Shown here: positions 1 through 9,782 of the stretch, one piece after another
Position numbering within the stretch: the first letter of the stretch is position 1
Layout: the number at the start of each line of letters is the position of its first letter
Assembly: GCF_018350175.1 (NCBI RefSeq)
Contig: NC_058373.1
Coordinates: forward strand, 114,950,001-115,014,000
Direction: 5' to 3'
Source: Felis catus
Taxonomy: Eukaryota
DNA: 64,000 nt
Program-made: the position numbers and the translations under genes
The notes under the pieces: generated by a model
What the model was told of the DNA's origin: nothing
The model's database searches: none
Seen by the model: the letters and a program-made list of their open reading frames with translations, nothing else

Positions 1-480
1 TTCTGGAAAAGACAAAACTATGGATGCAGCAGGAAGACCAACAGCTGCCAGAGTGCAAAGGGTGAAGTGGGGAGAGATGAACAGGTGGAGCACAGGGGTT
101 TTGGGGTTAAGCGAAAACGATTCTGTATGATACTGTAACGATGGGTACATGATGCTATGCATTTAGTAAAAGCCACAGAACTGTACGACATCAAGAACAA
201 ACCTAATATAAGCTTCAGTTAATAATTTTAATAATGGACTTTAGTTCATAGCCAACTTTAATTAGTAACAATAACGTACCAGTGTATCAATAACGGGTTC
301 ACCAACCTTACCAAACGTACAACTCCAAATGCAAGGTGTTATTAATGGGGGAAACTGTGGAGGTGAGGGGTACATAGGAACACAGGAGTACATGGAACTC
401 CTATAGGAGTACATAGGAACTCTGTATTTTCCACTGAATTTTTCTGTGAACCTTAAAGTGCTCCTAAAAATAAAGTGTAT
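1..480 (+). mobile_element. Old L1 3'-end fragment (L1M-type)
   Basis: Typical L1M 3' UTR sequence ending in A-rich ctaaaaataaag. Confidence 0.7.
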
Positions 481-481
481 T

Positions 482-930
482 GGGGCGACTGAGTGGCTCA
501 GTTGGTTAAGTGTCCGACTTCAGCTCAGGTTATAATCTTCTGGTTCATGAGTTCTAGCCCCGTGTTGGGCTCTGTGCTGACAGCTCGGAACCTGGAGCCT
601 GCTTCAGATTCTGTGTCTCCCTCTCTCTCTGCCCTTCCCCTGCTTGCACTCTGTCTCTGTCTCTCTCAAAAATAAACATTAAAAAATACATTAAAAAAAT
701 TAAATTAGGGGCGCCTGGGTGGCGCAGTCGGTTGAGCGTCCGACTTCAGCCAGGTCACGATCTCGCAGTCCGTGAGTTTGAGCCCCACGTCAGGGTCTGG
801 GCTGATGGCTCAGAGACTGGAGCCTATTTCCGATTCTGTGTCTCCCTCTCTCTCTGCCCCGCCCCTGTTCATGCTCTGTCTCTCTCTCTCCCAAAAATAA
901 ATTAAAACGTTGAGAAAAAAAAAAATAAAT
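482..930 (+). mobile_element. Two tandem CAN SINEs (482-~706; young SINEC_Fc-like 708-~930)
   Basis: ggggcgcctgggtggc head, Pol III A/B boxes, (CT)n region, AATAAA/poly(A) tail. Confidence 0.9.
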
Positions 931-1633
931 GGACAGATTTTAAGTCTAATCCAGTTAGCTCTGGATAATCAACAAATTTGGGGACATGCCCAGCAGCAAA
1001 AACAGTGACTATAAAATTTTTACAGGAAGAAGTGAAGAATGGACAATTTGCAAAAGGGCTCGGAATGTCCACACCTGGCTTACTTGATGTAATGATTAAA
1101 TGTAAGGATGAATCCAATTTGTGACGATCCGATCTCTGGGCTCTCACCTAACGGTTTATGGAGTAAAGACACACTCACTATTCCCTTCAGGGTGGTGCCA
1201 ATTTATCAAATGCACAATAAATTATACTTATTTGGTTCCATTTGCCTTTATTCTCTGAGATAATTTTTATTTTCTAACACACTGATGGACTGTAACCAAA
1301 CCTCAACAGCTTTTAATGTTTATCTGTTCAATGAGCAGACTGATAGTTTCTGAAGGCATCCCCAGAGCCTGCCTTACCGCTATAGTGCTGGAGTTTAACC
1401 AGAATACTTAAAGAATACCTGTAAGATATTTACCTAACATAACAAAGAACATCAACATAAAAATGGGAGGCTTCAGAAAGTCATTCATTGTAATGATGAG
1501 CTGGATAAAAAAAGGTAAAATAATATTTGCAGCAGAAAGACAATACGTATAATCAGTGTTTCAACTTTCAACAAATATGGTCCTTAATATCTTCCTTCCC
1601 CGTTCAAATTAGTAACTCAAGAAATGTGGAGGA

Positions 1634-1874
1634 GGGGCGCCTGGGTGGCGCAGTCGGTTAAGCGTTCGACTTCAGCCAGGTCACGATCTCACGGTCCGTG
1701 AGTTCGAGCCCCGCGTCGGGCTCTGGGCTGATGGCTCAGAGCCTGGAGCCTGTTTCCGATTCTGTGTCTCCCTCTCTCTCTGCCCCTCCCCCGTTCATGC
1801 TCTGTGTCTCTCTGTCCCAAAAATAAATAAACATTGAAAAAAAAAAATTTAATAAAAAAAAAAAAAAAAAGAAG

Positions 1875-1904
<30 letters not shown>
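1634..1904 (+). mobile_element. Young SINEC_Fc-like SINE with perfect TSD
   Basis: TSD gaaatgtggagga at 1621-1633 and 1905-1917; CpG-rich body. Confidence 0.93.
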
Positions 1905-1907
<3 letters not shown>

Positions 1908-2004
1908 ATGTGGAGGAAAAATAAGCCCAGTTCCTAAATGAGACACGGTCTACAGTGAATGTCAGGAAAAAACAAGCGAACTCTTGACTAGTGTTTCAAC
2001 TCAC

Positions 2005-2092
2005 CTTCCATGCACTCATTCACAGATTCATAGTCAGCGTAAGTTCTGCCTTCTGGCCTCTTGGTAGGCTGTACCAGCAAAATGGTGTGAGA
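2005..2092 (-). CDS. ERH: ERH (enhancer of rudimentary homolog) exon 2, 88 nt; later exons lie outside the window
   Basis: Minus strand tttttcccctgtag|TCTCACACCATTTTG...TGCATGGAAG|gtgagt translates to [29 protein letters not shown](G), the recognisable ERH N-terminus. Confidence 0.96.
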
Positions 2093-2294
2093 CTACAGGG
2101 GAAAAAGTGATATCAACGTTAAGTTTCTAACTCATATTTGAGAAATTCATAGCATGATATAAAACCCTCAGTCATGACACAAATGGTTATTAAAACACTA
2201 TTAATAAAAGTTTTAAAGAAACCCACTATTAATTAGGGTGCTCTTCCTACATTTCTGCCTTTATACAAGTGCAGCGTCAGAAGATGGACAGCTT

Positions 2295-2503
2295 TGGGGC
2301 GCCTGGGTGGCTCAGTTGGTAGAGCGACCGACTTTGGCTCAGGTCATGATCTCACGGCTTGTGAGTTTCAAGCCCCGCGTCGGGCTCTGTGCTGACAGCC
2401 CAGAGCCTGGAGCCTGCTTCTGATTCTCCTTCTCTCTCTGCCCCTCCCCCACTCATGCTATGTCTGTCTCAGAAATAAACATTAAAAAAAAAAAAAAAAA
2501 AGA
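2295..2503 (+). mobile_element. CAN SINE
   Basis: SINE body; imperfect TSD agaagatgga..gctt. Confidence 0.9.
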
Positions 2504-3134
2504 AGAAGATGGATGGCTTCTCTGTACGGTCTCTTCAGTCTCTCAGTCCTTAATGGCTGCTTTCTTGAACTCCTGTTGTACTTACTGCCTGTAAGCATTC
2601 AGCATAAGCTACCCTGTACTGTTTTTTCTTTCCTATCTTTCTTCCCAACTAGATCATAAACCCACTTAGGTTTTCTATCTCCACTGGTCACTTTCTATCT
2701 TTAGCCCTATTAAGTTCCTTAATAAAAAATCAGATGTGGGCTGATAAAAGGAGAGAAAAAGTGAAACACTATTAGTGATTGCAAGCACTGTATCGATCTA
2801 CGTTCTTTTTCCAATCTCAGCACAACAGTGGAGTTACATCTTATCCGTGGCTTAGACTCCAACGTGAAGGCAGAAGATAAACTGGCAGTACAAAATTAAT
2901 ATATGTAGTTAACGTTACCCTAGAGAAACCATTGAACTATTCACCCAGTAGGTGACTCACCTTAAAAGCCTATGCTATCTCAAAATCCTATGTTTTTAAC
3001 CACTAGGATCACACAAAATAGATGATCACACAGTGACAAATGTGAATATGCCTGAAGAATAGCAAGTAGACTTAACATCTTCCACCGCATGCTCACTGAG
3101 GGGACATGTTTTCGTTAGTGGGTCTATTTCAGTT

Positions 3135-3290
3135 TCTGTGCTATTACAACTTGGGGTGGAAGGGTTCTTCTTGTGGAAGTAGTCCTGTGTACCACAGGAT
3201 GTTCAGCAGCATTCCTGGCCTATTCCCACTAAATACCAGTAGTACTGGAACCCCCTGTCTCCTCCTGGGCAAAACTATGACAACCTTCTC
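3135..3290. mobile_element. MER20-like hAT fragment
   Basis: gtcctgtgtaccacaggatgttcagcagcattcctggcctattcccactaaataccagtag resembles the MER20 core as I recall it. Confidence 0.65.
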
Positions 3291-3516
3291 CTCTGCTGTA
3301 CTATTATTTTTGGGTCGCAAAAATCCTTTATGACAGGCCCCCCAAAATGTTTTGAAATGATAATTTTTAACAATCGACACGGAAATAGACAAGGCCTAGA
3401 GTTTCCGGATAGGCACCCCCCCGCCAAAAAAAAAAAAAACCCCAAAAAACAAAAGAAAACAAAACAAACCCAAAAACCCAAAAACCAGTACTCTGAACAC
3501 TACATACACAGCAAAG

Positions 3517-3960
3517 GGGGTTGCCTGGGTGGCTCAGTCGGTTAACACTGGACTTCTGATTTTGGCTTAGGTCAAGATCTCATAGTTGGTGAGATCAAGT
3601 CCCAAGTCAGGTGGAGCTTAGGGCTGACAGTGCAGAGCCTGCTGGGGATTCTCTCTGCCCCTCCCCTTGCACTTGCATACACGTGAACTCTCTCAAAATA
3701 AATAAATAAACATTTGAAAAAAAGGAAAAGAAAAACATCATTAAAAATAAAAAAAGCAAAGGGGGGTGCCTGGGTAGCTCAGTCGGTTATGCATCCGACT
3801 TCAACTCAGGTCATGATCTCACGATTCGTGAGTTTAAGCCCCACATCCGGCTCTGTGCTGATAGCGCAAAGCCTGCTTTGGATCCTCTGTACCCCTCTCT
3901 CTCTCTGCCCCTCCCTTGCTGGTTCTCTCTCTTAAAATAAATAACTTAAAAAAAAAAAGG
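3517..3960 (+). mobile_element. Two adjacent CAN SINEs (3517-~3735, 3761-~3960)
   Basis: SINE heads, CT-rich region and A tails. Confidence 0.85.
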
Positions 3961-4515
3961 CAAAGGAATTGCTCATAATCCTCCCTCTCCATCAAGAACT
4001 CATTCTTATGAAAAGTTTGAGGATTTGAGATAAAAATAGAACTTGGTGACAAAAAATGAAGGGTAATTCTCAACGTATAATGACCATAACAGTCAAGGCC
4101 TTTGTTAAATAGGGATTATAAACCAGAGAAAACAGTTTATTAGATTATTTGTTACATAGAAGTTTTTGTAAGCCACCTACTCAAAAAAAGTAGTTTCAAT
4201 GGGCCACATGTTGAGAAGAAAATAATTTTATAGAAACCACATTAGCATTCCTGCAGTAGCACCTGCTCGGTACATTAGCCATACTAATGGCTACTACATT
4301 AATTTTGTTCTTACCCTAATGCAAATTAAATGACTAATTTACTTAAGAGAATAAAAATATGGAAACGGCTACTCAGTATGTTACTTCTTACATCTTAAAA
4401 TGAACCTCTGACAAATCTCACTATTTTCAATACTTACTACCCAAAGACAAGGATTAAAAACTACTAAGAACAAAAAACTACATTTACAAAGCCGTAGTCA
4501 AAACAGGTATTATTT

Positions 4516-4680
4516 GGGGCCCCTGAGTGGCTTAGTTGGTTGAGTGTCCAACTCCTCTGATTTTAGCTCAGGTCATGATCCCAGGGTTGTAGGCTCTGCG
4601 TTGAGCGTGGGGCCTGCTTAAGACTCTCTCTCTCTCCCTCTGCCCCTCTCCCCTGCTCATGCCCTCTTAATAAAACAGGC
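4516..4680 (+). mobile_element. Older CAN SINE
   Basis: TSD aaaa(c/t)aggtattattt on both sides. Confidence 0.85.
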
Positions 4681-5007
4681 AAAATAGGTATTATTTTTAA
4701 GTGGTAGTGCCTTCCTGTCAACAGTTCAAGATCATAAAACTTCCCAAATCAGTTTTAGTCACATTCTTTTTACTGGAGCTATGTTTGAAGCCCTTTTGTG
4801 TTATTAAAAAACAAAGATAAATATATATGCAAAATATAAGCACATAAAAACAAATATATATACATATATATTCAAACTTCCCACAATAGAAAAATAAAAT
4901 TATAAAACCTAAATCAGTAAAAGTTATGCAGAATTACCTTAATAAAATCCTTATTCTAATTACCAAGCACAGGTGAATCACTTTAATGAATAATCTGGCC
5001 TTATTAA

Positions 5008-5202
5008 CTTTTTAAATGTTTATTCATTTTAAAGAGAGAATGTGTGCAGGGGAAGGGCAGAGAGAAAGGGGGGACAGAGGGTCCAAAACACGATCTATGC
5101 TGACAGCAGAGAGCCCAATGTGGGGTCTCGAACTAATGAACTGTGAGATCATGACCTGAGCCAAAATTGGATGCTTAACCGACTGAGTCACCCAGGTGCC
5201 CC
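5008..5202 (-). mobile_element. CAN SINE
   Basis: Antisense body; TSD ggcctta(t/c)taactttt. Confidence 0.85.
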
Positions 5203-6049
5203 CGGCCTTACTAACTTTTTTAAAGTCTCACACACATGAACTCTTAAGAATCATTCTCCTGCTACAGAAATATTATGTACGACTTGCTCATTAGCTTCAA
5301 ATGGTCCTCCCAAACGAACCCCCCCAAAAATCCAAAGCTGAAACTTGTATCCTTGATAAAGCAAAAGTATTTAAGATTGTTGAACCAATAATTGTTTGAT
5401 TCATATACAAATTCTAATTTTTAATGCTACTTGGACGGATAAGGAATTATCACTGATATTTGCCCAACAGAGAATGGGTTGTTGATATTAACTGCTGTTA
5501 CTTTCTCGGATTTTAATCTAAGTATTTGAACACAATACCAAGTAGTGACTTAAAAAGCAGAGAATGAAAACTCAAGAGTAAAAGATCCAAGGTCACATTG
5601 CTAGTATGACAAAACAAGAACTGGAAACCCAGTCTTCTAATTCCTAGTCCTCTCTGGGAAACTATGTGGAATCAAACACTAAAACATCTCAATTTAAAAA
5701 AGTACAACCTTAAAAAGCTGTTAACAACGGCTGCATAACTTGTTAACAGTAACTGCAGCAGTGAGAAAACGAAAGCTGAAGTGTGGAAGTAACCATGATT
5801 CCTCATAATCCCTAGGAGCATCTTTTTGGTGGAATAAAATATAAAACACAATCAAAATACCCACTTACTCCACTACCACCCTGATTCGACTCCCAGCTGA
5901 GCCTATCTTTTTCAGCCTTCAGTCCCAAGAGATTATGAGTAAATTACGAGTAAGAACAGGATTGAGGGCTGGGAGAAACGCCAAATCGGGCATCTGGAAT
6001 CTTGGAAAAGAGAAAAAACGTTTATGTGTACTTAAAGACAGAGTACAGA

Positions 6050-7250
6050 AAAACAAAAGGAAATAGCCGAGAAGCACACTACAAAGCAAAGACGACCCCT
6101 CCCGGCCCACACGCTGGGTGCAGAACGCTGCATCTGTCAGCTTTGGGAACAGGTTTGTCATACATCCCTCGGCCATTGTTCCTGCACTCGGCCAGAGAGT
6201 CCGGTGGGACAGAGCAGCACGTCCACGCCTGCCTCTATCAAGCAGCAATTGGGAGAAAGTGCATCCTCCGCACCGCACGCCTCGCGGGAGCCTACAGGCG
6301 GGCGCGCAAACGCAGGGCGGACCCGGGCTCCGGGGCCTAGTGCCAGGCCCTGCCTCTCCGCGGCGGGAAGGGGAAAGGTCGAACCACGACCAGGAGGGCC
6401 GTGGAGCTGCACGCTCGCTCTGGATGAGACGGGGAGAAGATGTACAGGGCTGGGATCGCCCCAGAGGCCGGGGGATCGGGGAGCCGCGGGGGCCTTTCTC
6501 ACCATCGCGCCAAACTCTCTCGCTGCAGCCGCTGCCGACACTGCCGCCGCACACGAGCTTAGCCGCAAAGCCGCCAACAGCCAATCCCCGCGAGAGGAGC
6601 CGCCGGAAGTCGTCAGAAACGCACCGCGAAAGAGCATTTTGGGCCATAGAGGCGCACACATTTCCGGCAGCTAGAGTGGATACTGACTCTGTCACAGCCA
6701 TCTTGGCTAAGGGCGATGGGGTGCGCAGGGAATTGCTGCAGAACTTGAAAAATAATCATTTCTTTTCAAGACGCTGTCTTCCGTACTTTTGTTATTGGAC
6801 AGGCGCCTAGAGTGATCACCGATATAGACTGTGACTCCAGATATCTTTCAATGGCCCTATTCAAAAATGGCGGTAGCATAAGCCTCCTGGGCCATAGGTC
6901 GGTTGTAACCCGGAAGTACTCTTCTAAAGGAGGGGGCGGTGAAGCAATCCGGAAGTGGATGTAATGAAGAGATGCCACTTGGCGGCCATGGCAGCTGTAG
7001 TATCGGTGGCTCTGGGTCAAGGCCCAGCGGAGTGGAGTAACATGGGCAGTATCGGGTATAGGGCAGAGACAGCTTTGTATCACCTTCGCTGCTGAACCCC
7101 TAAGCCCATCGGTAGAGACCTGCAGGACTCTTTCCCCATTCTAGACTCGGAAGAGAGTTTGCCGGGACTGGTGGGCTGGTCCCAGGCTGGCGAGAACCGC
7201 CCCAAGGAGGTAGGGGAGCCGGGAGGACGAACAAGTTTGCTTGGGTTTTC
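6050..7250. promoter_or_regulatory. CpG island / bidirectional promoter shared by ERH (-) and SLC39A9 (+)
   Basis: GC- and CpG-rich relative to flanks, between two head-to-head genes. ETS/GABP cores CCGGAAGT at 6603, 6910 and 6949, and CCGGAAAT on the minus strand at 6660-6667. YY1-type motifs GCCATCTTG (6697-6705) and AAAATGGCGG (6864-6873). GC box at ~6933. Confidence 0.9.
6503..6505 (-). CDS. ERH: ERH exon 1 coding part (initiator ATG only); 5' UTR extends to roughly 6600
   Basis: Minus strand reads gagtttggcgcgATG|gtgagaaagg: ATG immediately followed by a GTGAG donor, inside the CpG island. Joins in frame to exon 2 to give MSHTILLVQ. Confidence 0.9.
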
Positions 7251-7625
7251 CTCCTTTTCCTGCTGCCACCTGGGACGTTGTGGAGGGAGTGGGTCCATTG
7301 TGCCACCATTCCGACGATTGAAGAAATCGCCCTTTGCATACCTTTAACTGTTAACCCTAGGGAATCCAGTGACTGGCATCTGAAAACAGGGATTGGGACC
7401 TGAGATTGCTGAAAGTTCTCTCTGGTGCTAATATCAGCAAAAAGGGACTGTTTTCAGGTGCGTTCCAGAGAAGGGTTTCGTGAACACATCTGTTGGTGAG
7501 GAGGACGAAAAAACTGGAAAGTCCACTTGTCTTGGAATCACCACACGCGTTTAAGAACCTAAGCACCCTTTGAAGCCTCTGAAAATTTGTAGTCTGGTGG
7601 CGGTGGGTAAATAAAGGAGGACAGA

Positions 7626-7721
7626 ATGGATGATTTCGTCTCCATTAGTCTGCTGTCTCTGGCTATGTTGGTGGGATGTTACGTGGCTGGAATCGTGCCC
7701 TTGGCTGTTAATTTCTCCGAG
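7626..7721 (+). CDS. SLC39A9: SLC39A9 (ZIP9) coding exon 1
   Basis: agaATGG start; [32 protein letters not shown]; donor GAG|gtaaga; in-frame upstream TAA at 7608. Confidence 0.96.
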
Positions 7722-7869
7722 GTAAGAAATTCTCAATTTTCTGTCAGTTGTCAGGATGGCTGCTAGGAAGTACTGACAGTTGTAAAGGGAGGCGGTTTCC
7801 TCAATTAAGCTCAGAGCTACGGATCTTCGTAGGAAAGACTATCTTTTTAAAAGATGCATAACATTTCAT

Positions 7870-8023
7870 GGGGCGCCTGGGTGGCTCAGTCGCTTAAGCG
7901 TCCGACTTGGACTCAGGTCATCGTCTCACTGTTGGTGGGTTGGAGCCCCGCGTTGGGCTCTGTGCTGACAGCTCAGAGCCTGGAGCCTGCTTCAGATTCT
8001 GTCTCCCTCTCTGCCCCTCCTCA

Positions 8024-8063
<40 letters not shown>

Positions 8064-8081
8064 AATAAACATTAAAAAAAA
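7870..8081 (+). mobile_element. CAN SINE ~150 nt downstream of SLC39A9 exon 1
   Basis: Perfect 21-nt TSD aaaagatgcataacatttcat (7849-7869, 8082-8102). Confidence 0.92.
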
Positions 8082-9782
8082 AAAAGATGCATAACATTTC
8101 ATAATAGGAACAAACCTCATTTTAGGCACTAGAGCCCTTAACTTGGGGTGGGTGGATCCACTGAAGATCCTGGGGTACTCTGAACCTTGTGAAATTGCAT
8201 ACAAAAATTTAGGACTCTCTGCACATTTTCCTGGAAAGAGGTACCGTAACATTCTTTGGATTCCCAGAGGTTCCAAGGAATCAAGTTTCCAGATTGCTAT
8301 CAAGGAACATAAATGGGGAATATTATTTGTCTGTATGCATTGAAATCAATATACTTTATCTTTTTGAGGAAATGAAGCATAGTTTTTTGGGGGGAGAGGT
8401 AACTTTTTTGGATTAGAATCCAAAATTTTCTGGTTTTTTGAATTAGTTTTTTGTTAATACAAAAATGAATTCATGCTAACGAATGAAGATAAGAAAACTA
8501 GATTGTTCTTAACTCACATTTCCTTTTAAAGAAAGAGAGCATTGGAATGCATATTTGAAGTTGTTTCAGATCTTTACTTAGAAATGAAATTTTTGTTAAT
8601 ATGTTTTGACATTTTGGTTAATTTGTACATTTGTCCTTATTTGCACAAACATTAATGAGTGGGGAAGAAAGGTGGAAGCATTGTTCAGTTAAAAGTGCGG
8701 ATAAGTTCCTCATAAAGAGTTCACAGCATGCACAGAGCTCAGACATCTAGGGGAGAAAACCCATTACATTTGGAAGGAACAGGATTTCATGAGTATTTGG
8801 GGGTTCAGCAGTAAAATAGGCCCAGTTTCACCGCCAGTCCTGAAAGAGCTTCATGAGAGAGCAAACTGATAGACCAAACCTAATCCACAGACTTAATTTG
8901 TTAGGTTAGCACAGTATTTAAGGTTGTTATTGCTTTTTTTTTTTTTTTTTTTTTTTTTTTTGTCTGTATTCCCTCAAGGCAGTAGTTGGCTAGAGCTGAG
9001 CAGTGGTAGATTGTTAAGGTCTTTGGCTGTGAAGCCTGCTTCACTCATTTGGGCCACCTGCTGTCCAGTACTTTGTAAGCCTGCTTTATTCTGCCTTGAA
9101 CCATATTTTCTATTAACTGCATTAGAATTGAACTGGCCTTATCAGGGCTAATATATGTGAGATTTAAGTTGGCGTATATGTTTAAAAACTTAACTGAGGT
9201 AGCATTTATCAAAAATTATAATGTCTTCAAATAAGAGATTAATGAAACTTTATTTGTATAAAGTGCTGAGAACTTTTCCAGTTTCAGTATCTTCTTGAAC
9301 CATCTTGAGTGGTTTTTGCAATATGCGATCTGCTATCTTCTTTTTCACTGAAATGAAATGTGTACATGAGTGGTGTAATTAACCAAGCCATTAATAAAGA
9401 TAATTAGTATGACATGTCATTTATGGCTATCTGAATTGATGGTCAAGTGGTCTTTTCCACTGTAGGCCTTAAAATGTTATAAATCACATTCATGATATTC
9501 TTTTATTATTACAGCAAGCACAGTCCATTTTGAGCTCGTAGAATAAAAATGAAAATTATATATAACTTAGACATGTTAGAATTCAACTGATGTTTTTTAT
9601 CTTCTAGAAATTAAGCATTTTTTCTAGACAGATTATACTATTATATATTGATGTATCATGAAACTAGTGAGATGATAAATGTGTAAAAACTAAACTTCAT
9701 TCATGGAAGCTGGGAAGCAGTTTCTACCTTTAGCAAATAGTTCCTAAGCTTCTATACTGGCTAAACAACTTTCCTTTAAAAA

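Noticed and set aside
482..560. tRNA-like A/B boxes
   Set aside because: These are heads of tRNA-derived SINEs, not tRNA genes.
5919..6810. Overlapping 112-260 aa ORFs on both strands
   Set aside because: Stop-poor GC-rich CpG island with Pro/Arg/Gly-rich, unrecognisable products. Real ERH coding here is only the ATG.
7612..7628. Shine-Dalgarno-like TAAAGGAGG 5 nt before the ZIP9 ATG
   Set aside because: This is a spliced mammalian nuclear gene; the resemblance is coincidental.
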